Of a stretch of DNA of 64,000 nt, positions 39,450 to 52,851 are shown piece after piece; the stretch's first letter is position 1, and each line of letters opens with the position of its first letter. The stretch lies in contig AP026152.1 in NCBI GenBank assembly GCA_030295235.1, positions 186,001 to 250,000 on the forward strand. The letters are read 5' to 3'. This stretch comes from Fistulifera solaris (lineage: Eukaryota). The notes under the pieces were generated by a model that was not told the DNA's origin, did not search any database, and was given only the letters and a program-made list of their open reading frames with translations. The position numbers and the translations under genes were made by a program.

Positions 39450-40922
39450 CTACCCCTCTTCTCGCGTATTATCGGAGTCCAACAGTTGCAGTATCTTTGT
39501 CCGTCGAGCGTCTCCTTCTTGCCATTGCACAAAACTCTTCGCCAATTCTAGCGCGGCCGTCCCATCTTCGTCATCATCCGTTACTCGTATGCTGCTCAAC
39601 CATTTTACAACTTCTGATCGTCCAAAGGCTACCGCATGTGTCAATGGCGTGTTCCCACCGTGGTTGGAAACAGAAAAGTCGACTCGTAATACTTCGTGCA
39701 AATAGCGACATACGTCGACATTGCCTCCGGACGCCGCCCAATGCGCGACCGTACAACCGTTTCGATTCGTGACATTCTGGGCTTGCGCACCATACGACGC
39801 CAACAGCTTGACAGTCTTCAATGTCCCCGACCAACTCGCCCACATGAGTGGCGAATTGCCATCTTTCGTGCATTGATTGACGTACGCTAATTGTTGCTGT
39901 TCGGGGATTCGTTGGATCAAATAGTCACACACGTCAGGATGACCAAAGGTCCCAAATTCCCGAGCCGTCGTTCCTGCTGCAGACCAATGCAAAGGCGTAG
40001 CCCCATCCCGTGCCGCCGTATCCTGCACCGACAATCCCAACCGTATTAACATCTCTACGCCTTCGAAATACCCCGTCCCACTTGCCCAGTGCAACAAAGT
40101 CGCCCCCTGGTAGTCACGTTCGTGTAAATTGGCGCCATGCTGATACAACAGATCGATGAGTTGTGCGGCAGTCGGTGCATTGTGCTGAAGTGCCCACGTA
40201 GTCGAATTGTTGTAACAGTTTTGATGCCATTCATTCCGTGCCGCCGCCATGAGACCTCTACCAAATAACGTATCAAAAGCTTCCACTTTTTGATGTGTAA
40301 ATTGAGCTTGCGTGGTCGTATATTGTTGTTGCCAGCGTTGACAGAGTGCCGCAAAGGATTTGGCATTGCGTGCGTGCAACATAAAGTCGAGAAACAAGGT
40401 GCTGTTGGCTCGAAAGAGCTCCGGACCGTGCGGCAATCGATGATGCACCAAAAAGGCGTGCCGCGGGGCCAGTATTTTTTCCAGTCGAGCACCCCAGTAA
40501 TAGGGTGGTAAATCGACCTGGGATGGGTCTGAAATGCCCAAGGTATGACGCAGAAATTCCATCTTGGGATGCACTTGTTGTTGCACCGATAATGTCAACA
40601 GAGGAGGAAAGGATTGATTCATTTGAAAAATTTGTTCTGTCGTATAGCCACCGTAGTCTTTCAAATAGGTAACAGGATCAGCTGTATGAATTGTTGCATT
40701 GTAGGTATGTCGATAGAGATATTTGAAGACATGGTTGAGGCGTCGAGCGGGCCGAGGTTGTGTGACGCGTTGTATGTGCGGCTTATTTTTACTGTCAGCC
40801 GCTGGCACTGAAAACCGTGTCGTGCATTGTTGACGAGCCGAAAACGATGAGATCCATGATCGAACGTATTTTACGGAAACGAATGAATATAAGAGCCATT
40901 TCAAGCGCAACAACTTCATCAT
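39450..40922 (-). CDS. Ankyrin-repeat protein with an N-terminal mTERF-like segment, probably organelle-targeted
   Basis: GATLLHWAS, GATPLHWSA, GNSPLMWAS, GCTVAHWAA, GNTPLTHAV; FPPLLTLSV..HPKMEFL..LEKILAPRHAFL. Confidence 0.8.
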   Translation of the reverse strand: MMKLLRLKWLLYSFVSVKYVRSWISSFSARQQCTTRFSVPAADSKNKPHIQRVTQPRPARRLNHVFKYLYRHTYNATIHTADPVTYLKDYGGYTTEQIFQMNQSFPPLLTLSVQQQVHPKMEFLRHTLGISDPSQVDLPPYYWGARLEKILAPRHAFLVHHRLPHGPELFRANSTLFLDFMLHARNAKSFAALCQRWQQQYTTTQAQFTHQKVEAFDTLFGRGLMAAARNEWHQNCYNNSTTWALQHNAPTAAQLIDLLYQHGANLHERDYQGATLLHWASGTGYFEGVEMLIRLGLSVQDTAARDGATPLHWSAAGTTAREFGTFGHPDVCDYLIQRIPEQQQLAYVNQCTKDGNSPLMWASWSGTLKTVKLLASYGAQAQNVTNRNGCTVAHWAASGGNVDVCRYLHEVLRVDFSVSNHGGNTPLTHAVAFGRSEVVKWLSSIRVTDDDEDGTAALELAKSFVQWQEGDARRTKILQLLDSDNTREEG

Positions 40923-41326
40923 CGTCGAGTAAAAATAATAATGAAAGATGATGGACATTGCAAGGCTGAGTCACGCGACGGAAGAAAGTGTCAGTCGTAT
41001 TATTGACGTCAGTTCACGGATAGTGCAGAGTGCCGCTACGATACAAAGCATGCTAAGTAGTGGGTACCGGTGCCGCACAGGCAGCGGAGTGCAACGGTAA
41101 AAACCGCAAGCACGCGACGAAATAATACGCGGCACTTCGTCATTATAGTCTAGTAATAGCACTTTCTATTTCTTATACCAGTAAGTTTATTATCAAAAGA
41201 GCATTGAATTGAATCTAAGCTAACACTACAGACCAAACGAAACCCAATCTCATCATTTCTTTTACAAAGCAAAACTCCCTTGCTAGTTCGTTTATTTCGT
41301 TCGTTTGATTCACGCACAATAAGGCC

Positions 41327-44325
41327 ATGATGAACGACCCTACGGATGCTGCGATTTGTATCAAGAATCATTCTTCGAATCAACTAGTCGATCCCCCGCA
41401 CGTTGATTGTCAGCACAGCGACCCTATTAGTATTTCTCCACGTATAACGAGCCATCGTTATCGATGTAGTCAACGGATTTTCCTCTTTTGGTGGCTTCTT
41501 TCTTTCTCGCTTTTTTCTTCTACAATACCTACCCACGAACATTTTATAAAACGAAAGACAACGACAACACACACGACAATGATAGCCTTCTTTACGGACC
41601 GCCAGTGGATTTACCGCAGGGTGAAACGCTCGTATCGCGTCATCGTCGTCGAGCCGCCGCAGCTAAGCCGACGAACAACAAGAAGAAAAATATTTCGCAG
41701 CAGCAGCACGCCAAGAAATCGGCGGCCGAACGAGCTCCCATTCCGGTCGTGCAATTCGAAGACAGTCAATTACCCGGTTTCTTTTTCGACAATACACCCC
41801 AGACGGCGGCGGAAGTACTCGCGTGCAAAGATTCTGTACTCAATTATGTCATCAACGCGACCGACACGAAAGATGAATGTGATGGTTTGACGAAAGCCTT
41901 TGAAAAGACGTGCCATGCGTCGAACAAGAAACCAGAAGAACGACGACGATTGAGGGATAAATTAATGACACGGCAGCGTATTTCGTACTGGATGTTGTCC
42001 CGATATCAGCAATGGGTGTCTGCTTGGACGTCATCCTCGTCGTTCTTTTTTGCCGATGAAGCGGTGGTGGATGCCTGGGAACATGCTGCGTATCTCGTGG
42101 ATTATAAATTGGATGATACCATCGATACACAGTCAATACAGCGGCGTATTTTGCAACAAAAGGGTGGGAAGAACAAGACTTTGTTCGTCATTGACATGGA
42201 AGAAGACGAACCAGAACCTGAGCTACCGGTCGCCACGGAGCCTCCGAAGGTGCCTGCTAAGCCTATTTCCCTGCAAGTGCCCTTGGGAGGTGTTACGGAA
42301 GAAACCTTGGATATCATTCACACCGACGCCGCTGAAATACAGGAAGAATCTATGAATCAAACGGTTGCGAAAGTTGAAGTATCGCCACCAAAAATGTCAA
42401 ACCCGTAGTAACACCGCCCGAACTCAAATCGCGGTCCAAAGATGCCGCTGTCCCAACGAAGAAAACAACCGCAGATCCCCCCTACGAACCCAATTCACGA
42501 GAAGGACGAATTTGCTGTGTTTCGATTCTCAACGTCTATCAAGAAAATTGCTCGCCCGTCCCCGAAGATGATGTGTCGGATCGGCGGTTACTCTTCGTCG
42601 TCTTTGTCATGGCTATGTGCTGTATTGTGAAGAGTCTCATTCGGCATTTCAAAATTTTGTGGTTGCCCGAAGCGGCCGGGTGTATTCTAGTGGGAGGTGC
42701 GTTCTGTTCTGAGAGTTTACTTCGTAAAAATGGTAGTGGACGGACCCTTTCTCACGGTTGTTTTGATTTTTCTTCTCATTGCAGTCATGAGTGGATACAT
42801 TCTCATGATTTTCCCTCATCATGATGTCAGTTTCGATGGCAACTGGTTTCTACGTATTCTAGTACCGCCCATTATCTTTGAAGCTGCCTTGGGTATTGAC
42901 AAACGATCCTTTCACCGGCACCTGGTTCCTATTCTGCTCTACGCTATTGCCGGAACATTGATGGCAACCGTGCTGACGGCTTTCATAGTGCACCGTGGGA
43001 CTTTTATGATGGGATCGTGGTGTCCTACTATCCCGTACGTCGAAGCGCTGGTGTTTGGATCGTTGATTTCTTCGATTGATCCAATAGCTGTGCTCAGTGT
43101 CCTCAGCAATATGGGTATGACGGACACAGATACGGTCTATGTGATCATTTTCGGTGAATCACTCCTCAATGATGGTGTGGCTATCGTCCTATTCCATACT
43201 CTTGAACATTTTCTGGATGAAACGTTGGTTATTGATAGTGAGGCTCTTACCGATGCCGCCATTCACTTCTTCGTTGTGGCCTTTGGTTCCTTGCTCGTAG
43301 GTGTCGTTTCGGGAATGATGGCGACCATTTATTTCTGGCAATTTTATCAATGTCAAACGCCTTTGGTGGAAGTGCTCATGTTCCTTTGCTGGGCTTTGGT
43401 GCCCTACTACATTTGCGATGGGATTGGGTGGTCGGGTATTGTCTGTACTGTCGCGACGGGTTTCTTCATGGATATGCACATTGTAGGCCAAAAGCGATAC
43501 GAGCAATCTAATAATGAGTCATCCGAAAACAGTGAAGAGGATGATGATATTGTAATGACAGGCGACACAAACTTTGGGCGCCGGCCCATTTTCTCATCGT
43601 TCGGGCATTTGTCCGAAAAGGCAAAGGAGCACATTGGCTTTGTGGCCGAGCTTATAGCGGCAACCATGGAAACCGCCATTTTCGCATATCTCGGACTCTT
43701 TCTGTTTAGTCACCGATATCACTGGAATGTATTTCACGCTTTCATTGCCATAATTGCGTGCTGTGCGAGTCGCGGTATAATGATCCCTTTTCTGAGTTTA
43801 ATGGCCAATTGGATAACGAGAGCTCAACAACTTCGATCTTCGTGTCAGCGCCGGGGAACGCGCGGAGCAGCTGTCACGAATGCAGCTGGAGTAATCATTG
43901 ATCGTCGAATGCAAATGGCACTGTGGTTTGCCGGTCTCCGGGGCGCCATGTCGTTTGCGTTAGTAGAGCACATTCCCTTATTTGATGAAGAAACCAGAGA
44001 AGGCTCTCGATTAAAACCGGAACTCAAGGCCATGACATCAGCTTCTATCCTATTCTCTGTATTTCTTCTCGGTGGCTCCACGTACTATGTCATGGAGCAT
44101 TTGGGAATCGCCCCTCAAAAACGAAAGCAACTAAGATCCGGAGAAGGTCTACAGGAAATGGTAGAGTTAATATCGACGAAAGGACCCAATCAAACGGACG
44201 GTAGTCCTCGCAAACCTGGAACCTTGTCGACTGAATCCAGCATGGAGCAAGCGCCGGGGACAAACACCACGTTTCGTCGTGCTCGGCATGGCAAGTCACC
44301 GTTGGAGCAGGTTCGAGTTGTCTAG
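41327..44325 (+). CDS. Na+/H+ exchanger (CPA1/NHX-NHE family) with a long N-terminal extension; indels near 41486 and 42389; intron 42697-42784
   Basis: LVPPIIFEA, FGSLISSIDPIAVL, IFGESLLNDGVAIVLF, WFAGLRGAMSFAL. Confidence 0.9.
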
Positions 44326-44621
44326 CGGGAGTTTCTGCGCAAGGCAGTTGAACCAAATGTACATAACATTAACGACTCTTTTAGATACTAAACTAAGGCG
44401 ATAGCTTTGCGAAATGGAGCATGAGAACTATGATTACTCCGTATTTTTTCTCCAGGTCGTTCTAAGTCGCGCTCTAATTCATTCCCGATTCTACCTCTCG
44501 TAAAGAATCTTTTTCGCGACGATGACACACGCATCATAATAAAAAAAGGCAGTGAAAAGGACGTTCAAACATCATCGAATATTATCATTGCAATTATTTC
44601 CTTTTTATTTTAACTTACATC

Positions 44622-47600
44622 ATGGAAATAAACGAGAGACCCGAGCCTTTATCATGGAAGGAAGCTCGACGGATTCTTCGCAATGTCCTCGAATCCTATC
44701 TCGATCATCCGCCTCCTACGCAGCGTCGTGATGATTCTACAAAAGATAGTTCTTGGCTCTCGTTCTTGATCCGCCACGATATCGATCTGTATTTCGGAGC
44801 ATTCTTGTTTTCGATCGCGCTATTTGTGCTTTCGTTATTTTCCTTACTGGCGAGACTCGGATACGTTTCGGATTCGGAGCTGCGACCTTCCGCGACACAA
44901 GGCGTTTACAAGTCGCAGCTCTGTGCTTCGATCTTTCTGGCCATTGGGGCTTGCGGAAGCCTCTGGATGGTGCGCAGACGTCGTTTCTTGAGCTTGAACG
45001 ATAGTGTCAACGCCAAAAGAAGAGAAGTGATGAGATTTCTCCGTGTTGTGAAAGCCTTCGATGAGAACGATGGATGCGATCTACCCGAGAAGCCGCACAT
45101 CAATGGCACATCCCTGACGGATATATACCGTGTCTATCGAAAAGCTGGATCTGCTGAGCAGTGGAACCGAATACCCAGTCTACTACTGGTGGAGGGGGAT
45201 TTCATTGCCTTGCAATGTGGTGACATCGCCCCAGCGGATTGTGTCATGCTGCGAAATGGATTGATCTCGGACATTCAAATTAAGCTCGGTACCCGGTTAT
45301 CACTGCAAAATATGGGCCTTACTAAGGAGAACGTATTAAGTGATCTTCCGAAAGGGCGTACTACTTTACAGCCCGGGTCAACACACCTGCTGACACTTTG
45401 CAATCGCACGCAAATGTTTCTCGTGCTAGATACACCAATCAATGAGTTCATAAATAGACCACCAGGTAAGTCGTTCAGCAAGTGGATGTATTTTTATGTG
45501 AATCATCCTTAATAAACAGTTTCGCTCTTACAACGAATGAAAGTGACAACAAGACCATCTCAATCGTCCCGACAGATCAAAGCTGTGCGACAGTCGCTTT
45601 CCATTCTTGCGATCATGTTGCTTGTCGTCACCGGCGGTATATTATTGATAAGAGTTGATCTTTTATCGAGCGATCTTTCATTGTTACTGACCATTCCGTT
45701 GATGGCTGCTCTGAGTGTCTTGCCGACTGTGGGTCCGGCCTTTTTGTTCTTTCTCGAAGCCCTGGCCACCGCACGTATTTTGGCAACAGTCCATCCGTAT
45801 GCGAGTTTGACCGCTAATCAGACCAAAGAGGAAAAGAGTTTTACAAGATCTAAGCTGGTTCTTCGCTACATGGTCGCTACCTGTCTTTCTCGCTTGTCAT
45901 TGTGGCGAGTTGCTGACCAGATACGGCGTATCTTGGCTAAGATTTTTCCAGGTTTACCACCCGCTTGGTTCAACTCCAGGTTGATCCGTATCCCTCCAGC
46001 TTCGCTCAATTTAGTAGAAAAGCTCGGAGTCGCTACCGCTTTTGCACTGGTGGACGATGAGCTCGCTTGTGAGCCACATTCTATCCCACAACAGCTGCTG
46101 ATTCCATCCGGGCAAGGTTTGAAGCTCTTAGATCTGTGTCCGAAGTTTGCGGACGATAGTGACGACGAGAGTACTGCGTCGATACGGAAAAAGGCAGCTA
46201 AATCCTTTGACTCTGACTCTGAATCAGAAGATGGTTCCTCGGTGGTTTTTCATTCTAGTCTGAAGCGCAAGATCTTGCGTCGGAAAATATTTCGGAGGGC
46301 ATTGAGAAAGAATGCTTCGGATGATAGTACCGCTGCCGACAGTGATAGTCCTTTTGATGTTCAATTCGAGGAACCCACCTGGTGGCAGTTCTTACCATCC
46401 TTGAAGTGCATCGGACTCGCTAGCCTTTTACTCGATGAAAATCGCCATGAAGAAAACGATAAAGATCTTATTCATTGCTGCATCAAAGAAGAATCGGACG
46501 GTGAGAGTGTAGCGCACGACAAGGGTTTGGTAGAAAAGAGACGGGCGCTCTTGGTGAAAACAGTTTGTCACGAACGTCGCAGTAAGCAATATCATTCTTT
46601 AGCGAATTGTATTGGCTTCTCAACCAGCGAAAATGCGCATGGTAAGAACGGAGATGTTACACCATTCGAAGAGCGGCTTCGTTTGCATATTGTCTCTTCG
46701 TCCCTAGTTAGTGAGCGCATGGATCTCGATGAGCATGAACGAAGTTCTGAACAATCCAAATGGTGGGGATTGTTGCGCACAGATTCAACGTCCATTGTTG
46801 TGCAGGACTCTCGGTCGAAAGCATATCAGTTACTGACTGTTGGAGATCCATCCGTGGTGGTCGATTTATGTCATGAAGCCTGGCAAGGTGAAATATCGAC
46901 GATTCTTCCTCTTCGAATGGGGGACAGAGAAACTATTCTGGAAACTTCTGACAATTGGAAACTTGGAGACCTTGATGTTGCAGCATTTAGTTATACCCCG
47001 ATGCCCCGCTCTTTCGAAGCAATGTTTGGCTCAAACACTGAATCACAGGTATGAAGCTTAGAGATTGTTTGGCATCTTTTCTAACGCGTTTGTCTGATGA
47101 CATGTCTTCTTCAGATATACCTCCTTAACAATCCCGCGAGCGGAGAGACTCAACATCTATTGTCTAAAAGCAAATCCCTCTCCCCAGAATGGTCTCTGAT
47201 GAAGAATCAGATATTCTTGGGTCTTTTAGCGTCCTTGGTCGTCCCCCATAGTGAAATTCAGAGTCTTCTGTCGACCTTAAGTGATGCCGGAGTTCGGTTT
47301 GTATATTTCTCGCCTAGAAACATGCGCCGTCAAAAGAGTTGGCCTCCCAAATGGGCATTGATGTGGCATGGAACTGTGCCATATCATTAAGGCCTTTAGA
47401 AACGGGAAAGGAAGACAAATATAGAATGACTTCGAATTATGCTGACTGGGATGTAAACGCAAAGCTCCCGCATGGTGTAGAAGATGTCAAGAAGCATTTG
47501 GAAGAAGTTGATAACGTTCCGTTGCTTGTTAGCTTGTACACTGACGTCACAAAAGAGACGACGAAAGAAATGGTACGTTTTGTTTCGTGTTGCCTTGTGT

Positions 47601-48734
47601 CTGCTTTTGTAAGCTTAAAGACTTTGCTGTCGCACACAGGTTGAAGTCTTTCAAGATTATAGCGACACCGTTATATCCGTCGGCTTGTCGCACTTCCCAC
47701 GAAATGACGGAATATTTTCAGCTGCAGATATATCCGTGGGGGTTGATGTTCTTACCGACGACCAGGACCGATTGAACGAACAGAAAGGTTCTTTCAGCTG
47801 CCCCCATGTATTCCAGGCGGAAATAGATTTCGTTTCTGCTATTGCATCCCATTCTTGCGCCTTCAGAGTCCGAGGTATTCCTGGCATCGCTCAGCTCACA
47901 CTCGTCATTGAGCAAGGGCGAGCTTCATTGGAAGCTGCCGTGAACGCTTCCGTGTTTTTCATATTCGGCTTCTTGACGCTTTCGTTGTTTGTCCTTTTTC
48001 CATTTGCACGCCTTCTACCAATATTCCGTACACGCCCGTTCTAGGCGTGGTTCTCTTCTCTGCAAATCGTCTTACCTGGACTGGGCTTTACTCTGGCGAT
48101 GAGTGATGGTGATTCTGAAACAATGAAACGCGTACCTCCTAAAAATGACCAAACCGTCACTTTTTCGAGACGGGAAGGCTGGAAGTTGTACAGGAATATT
48201 GTCATCAAGTCGGTTATTCCTGCACTGTTGCCTCAAGTATTACATCTGATTGTGTTTGGCGAAATGATGATAGCATTTGAGCCTTCGTTATCGGGAGAGA
48301 TGTGTGGGGGAGCGAACACGTGGGTCGATATCGTCCGGTGCGAGGGTTTAAAGAGCTACACTGGACCAGTTCGGATCTCCTCTGGCGTTCTTGTTTTAGT
48401 TGAGCTCGCTGTTTGCGTGATATTTGCTTCTGCAGGCTTTCTGAGTCGCTTGGATTATCTCATAAATGATCCACCTTGGCGGCGCAACCGCACGTGGTTA
48501 CTGGCAATGTGTCTGATGGTAATTCTTACTTTCGTGTACTGCTACTACGCTCTTCAACTTCGTGTTACGGCAGCGCTCCCGTGGTATTATTATGTTCTTG
48601 CTACGGTTATGCCTCTGATTTGCTTGGCCTGGGTAGAATTCTGCAAAAAGTCGGAGATTTATATGGAGAAAAGAGCTGAAAAGTTACGACGTCTACAATT
48701 TGAAACGCGTCTTGGGGCTTGGAGCCCCAAATAA
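44622..48734 (+). CDS. TMEM94: TMEM94 (KIAA0195)-like, P-type-ATPase-related membrane protein; introns 45466-45543, 47049-47114, 47573-47639; indels near 47332, 47995, 48058
   Basis: IPSLLLVEGDFIAL..GDIAP, QIFLG, GVRFVYFS, WNCAISL, AKLPHG..HLEEVDNVPLLVSLYTD, C-terminal LQFETRLG..SP. Confidence 0.82.
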
Positions 48735-48856
48735 CCGGTCTGAGAAGCTACACGTGTCTCTATTCGAAAATTCCGTTGTCGATACTACATGAATTATCTT
48801 GCAGCAAACATCTATATTGTTTCATCCGACTTGACCAGTGTTCGTTCATTCTGGTC

Positions 48857-50479
48857 TTACGTTCGTGCTCGTTTTGATGGGCCTTCCGTCGAACGTCGAG
48901 GACAAGAGGGAAGTAGCTCGATCGCTTCCGACGCGACCAGTGACTCATGCGATTCCCCATCGTCCTCATGCTTATTTTGAATGAAGTCACACAGCGAATC
49001 CACATGCTGAAACAAGAGTACGGCCGTACGTTGGTAATTTTGTGAGGCACTCTCCACTAATGCCATCGTCATTAGAGAGAGTCGCAATGATGTAAGGGAC
49101 TCCTTGACTAGCTCATCCGAGCCATTATAGAACCGGTTCAGCGCATAAATCTTGTCGATACTTGTTCCGTTCGAGATTTGATTGCCGGAACGATCAAGAA
49201 CAGTAATTTTTCGATTCCGCGAGAGTAATCGGCTCAGCCACGCATACGTGGGGCCCTTCGGTGAATAGTCCCCCACAACAACCGTTCGGAGGCCCTTGTG
49301 TGCTTCAAATGCTTGGAATAGCTTTTGTAAATGAAGTGCCCATGTTGCACTTGGATCTTCGACACCCGTATAGTCCACCAAATTCAGATAATGCAACTTT
49401 TTGTTGGCTTTGATCGCGCGAATCAAGGCTTCCACAATGAGGGCAACATTTTCAACATTGTATGTTCGTCGACGGCCAACGAAAAAGCGAAATCTTTCAA
49501 AGTGACCCAAAATTGCCATCCGATTCAATAATGCAATAGGAAGCTCATGCCAATTTCGACCTGCGCCGCGCACATATATTCTCAAATGAAGATCGCTGGT
49601 GGATACATTAAGAGAATCGAAATCATTCAGCTGAAACATTTCTGACTTGAGTTCATAGCACAGGGTCTTTGCTTTGGCGGCGAACGGAAGAAGGACTAAT
49701 TCCTTTTCAAGAACGCCAACTTCTAGCGTTTCAAAGGTATCAAGTCCGAGAAGACGTTCAAAATTGGTTTTGCTGAAAGGAATCTTGTTTCCATAGCAGT
49801 CAATTCGAAGTAAACCGAAAGAAGACTTTCGAGTCTCGAACGCATCGAGAAACGCTTTCCCCTCATCATCAAAAGCAAAATAGCTGTTCATACAAGCCCC
49901 CGCAAGGGTCAGATGCATGGTGTGTTTCCGCGTTGCTAGGACTAACGACAGCTCTGCATTCCAAACTCCTGTTCCAAAGGCAAATTTTCGCGTCGGATTT
50001 GCGTCCAACATATGAGCAAGTTGCTCCGGTTGAAGTGTCGCAAAATCAAAGACAAAATCTTGGGTGTCGACCGTTGTATAGGACGGAGACAGACTAGTCT
50101 TGCTTTCGGGATAATGCTTGAGCGACCACAAGAATGTTACCGTCTCAACAATTCTAGCTTCGGATTCGCCGTAAATGACGCACTCTAAAAAGTATTTTTT
50201 GAGATTTCCGGTATGAGAAATCATAAAGCAGGCCGTGTGATCTGCAATGAAGGCGCCTGCTTTATGTAGACCGATGACCGTTTCATTTTCGCACCAAATG
50301 GAAATATCTTTACATGCTTCCCAGTCGATATCATCGAGATGCGTCGGTTCCCGCAGCCATCGATGCATGGGCAATACGCCTCTGAACTTTGTGGGTCGGA
50401 GCTCCTTTTGCCGCGACGAAAGCTCTTCGTCCGGAATCAGTTCCAGTAAAGGATTGTTGTTTGCCTCCAGCGGATCCAT
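48857..50479 (-). CDS. Hypothetical protein of a diatom lineage-expanded RNI/LRR-like family
   Basis: Intact intronless ORF of about 540 aa; AIKANKKLHYLNL, LLSRNRKITV..YALNRFY type C-terminus (family recognition from memory). Confidence 0.65.
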   Translation of the reverse strand: MDPLEANNNPLLELIPDEELSSRQKELRPTKFRGVLPMHRWLREPTHLDDIDWEACKDISIWCENETVIGLHKAGAFIADHTACFMISHTGNLKKYFLECVIYGESEARIVETVTFLWSLKHYPESKTSLSPSYTTVDTQDFVFDFATLQPEQLAHMLDANPTRKFAFGTGVWNAELSLVLATRKHTMHLTLAGACMNSYFAFDDEGKAFLDAFETRKSSFGLLRIDCYGNKIPFSKTNFERLLGLDTFETLEVGVLEKELVLLPFAAKAKTLCYELKSEMFQLNDFDSLNVSTSDLHLRIYVRGAGRNWHELPIALLNRMAILGHFERFRFFVGRRRTYNVENVALIVEALIRAIKANKKLHYLNLVDYTGVEDPSATWALHLQKLFQAFEAHKGLRTVVVGDYSPKGPTYAWLSRLLSRNRKITVLDRSGNQISNGTSIDKIYALNRFYNGSDELVKESLTSLRLSLMTMALVESASQNYQRTAVLLFQHVDSLCDFIQNKHEDDGESHESLVASEAIELLPSCPRRSTEGPSKRART

Positions 50480-51082
50480 TTTATTTGCGGGTTGCTGTAA
50501 AATATGATAGCAAGGTTTGTGTGTTCTCAGGGCGACCGACAACTTCTTGTTCACAGATCGATTGACGTGCATGCGTGCGATCCTTGAATGAGATGGATGT
50601 GTGTTCTGTAAAACTGTGAAAGCGAACTGAGAGCGACTTTGGCATTTACTTAGCAAGACAAATAACGGTAAGTCCTAGTCTGGTAGTAGAGCTACTATTT
50701 TCTTTATAGCAAGCTATAATTATGGAAGCGCAAAAAAATCCGCAGGATCACGATTACCGGATAGGACCGGGTCCCGGTCTGCTACTTTACAAACGTATAC
50801 TTTAGATTACTGTGAAACATGTAGTGGTCCTTGAATCTCGAAGACTTTCAATCGTACTTTTTACTTCAGTGTAGCGAGAATTATTGAAAATTGAAACGCA
50901 GAAACCAGAACCCAAAAACCAAAAACGCATTATTTAGCAACAACTCGTTGATGACTTTGACATTCCGTGAGAGGAATGAAAGAATTGATCGGAAAGGCTC
51001 AGAGGATCAAGAAATCTAACCACAAAGTTACTTTAGCAAATCAGCAGCAATAGTATCAACAAGTTGAGAGAGAGAAAGGGGA

Positions 51083-52184
51083 ATGTCGATACGATACCTA
51101 ACAATTGCTTTGCTTTCACTGCTTCAATGCCAACCTCTCCTCTGTCACCGACTTGGCGGCACTCTTGACGAAGGCCACCATGATGCTTACGATGAACACC
51201 CACATCCATTTCATAGTCATCGGTCCCTGCAGGAGGAATTTCGTAATGAGGATGGAATTCCTATTTGCGGATTTCCAGAACCTTCCGACGCCGATTTGCG
51301 AGAGATCGAAGCTGCACAGAACATCTCCATTTTGGGGCGATTTGCGAAATTCGCCACCAGATTTTGGCGCAGCCTCCGACAGCGTAGAAAAAGCATTCCA
51401 ACCTACTATCACATTATTCAAAGTGCTACTATCGCGGGTCCTTCTGAGGAGCAGGTCCGCGCACAACACGATCATCTTGTGGAAGCATTCGCCCCATATG
51501 GCTTTTTCTTTCACGTTGAAGGACATTACGTTTACTAAAAATGACGATTGGTTTGGTTATAAAGAATACAATACCGATGAGGAAAGGGACATGAAGAAAA
51601 CTCTGAGGAGAGGAGGGCCAGAATCATTGAACGTTTATGTCAACAACGGAAAAGGCGTATGTGGATACGCTTATCTTCCCAAATTTTACAGCCAATTTCC
51701 TTGGAACGATGGTATAGTTATCAACTTTCGGTGTTTTGGAGGAGCTAGTGAGTCACAAGAGGGTGATGTCGTCGTACACGAAGTGGTACGTCTCTGATTT
51801 GTTAGTTATCGCCCATCCATCATCATGTGTGAAATTTCTAAGTTTTGCATTATGATTTGTTTACAGGGACACTGGCTCGGATTACTTCACCCAGTAAGTT
51901 CAATCACCTTTGATAATCTACTGAAAATTTCGGCAAATCTAGTCTAACAATTGCATTGCGTTCCAAAGTTCTCTAATTGCGCTGAACCCGGGGACGGTAT
52001 TTCCGACACGCCTCTCCAAGGCCTCCCTACTCGCGGGTGTCCAGCAGAACCCGTGAACTCGTGCGGAAAAGGTTTCGATTCGGCAGATAATTATATGGAT
52101 TACTCTTCGGATGCTTGCAAAACAAGGTTCACCGCCGGGCAAGCAGAGCGCATGGAGGAGGAATGGAATAAATATCGCCTGTAA
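51083..52184 (+). CDS. Secreted M43 (pappalysin/ulilysin-like) zinc metalloprotease, copy A; +1 frameshift at 51503-51507; introns 51786-51866 and 51894-51968
   Basis: Signal peptide, His-rich propeptide, ICG cysteine switch, MK..LRRGG..LNVY, GYAYLP, HEV|GHWLGLLH, DGISDTP, Met-turn NYMDYS. Confidence 0.88.
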
Positions 52185-52851
52185 AGCGTAATAGCATCAT
52201 CAACTTCATAAATTTCCTCGAGCTTTGATACTCTCGATTCTTTGTATTTATCAAGCGCTGAGGTTCCTAGATGCCCGTTTTGTCCTTGTCTGGTAGAAAA
52301 CTTAAGGTTTACGACTTACACGAAACGATCAATCGCCTAGACGATGTATCCAAAAGCAGTAGAGCAGAAGATTAGCTCTTGAGAGCAACGCTAGTTTCTG
52401 TAAGCCTAGCAATAGGCGCCTCGGAGCGTGTGATTATCTTCTATAGCGTCTCGCGTCTCGCGTCTCTCTCTCTCTAGAGAGCGTCAGTCGTCCTGAGTCC
52501 TGAGATCTGAGAACTGAGGACTGTGCAGTATAAAGTAGAAAGTACGGAATAGAAAATTCAAATTCACATTGACATAAAGTGGAGTACCGGGTATCCTGCG
52601 GACTACTTTTTACTTAGCAGATGAAGTTGTACTTTTGCTATTAGTAAAACGTCCTGCTAATTGCAAGAAAACTTTCAAATTTTTATAGTGTCTTTCAGTA
52701 GACCTCGATAGGCAACACCTTCTCAAAAATACCGGTAACATCGCGCATTGCTCATGCAGATTGCAAAAATTTATGCGAAGGTGATAGGAAAACCCATCAT
52801 CATCAAATCATTCGAAATTCAACAAGACGACGCGTATCTTTACAGAAAAAG

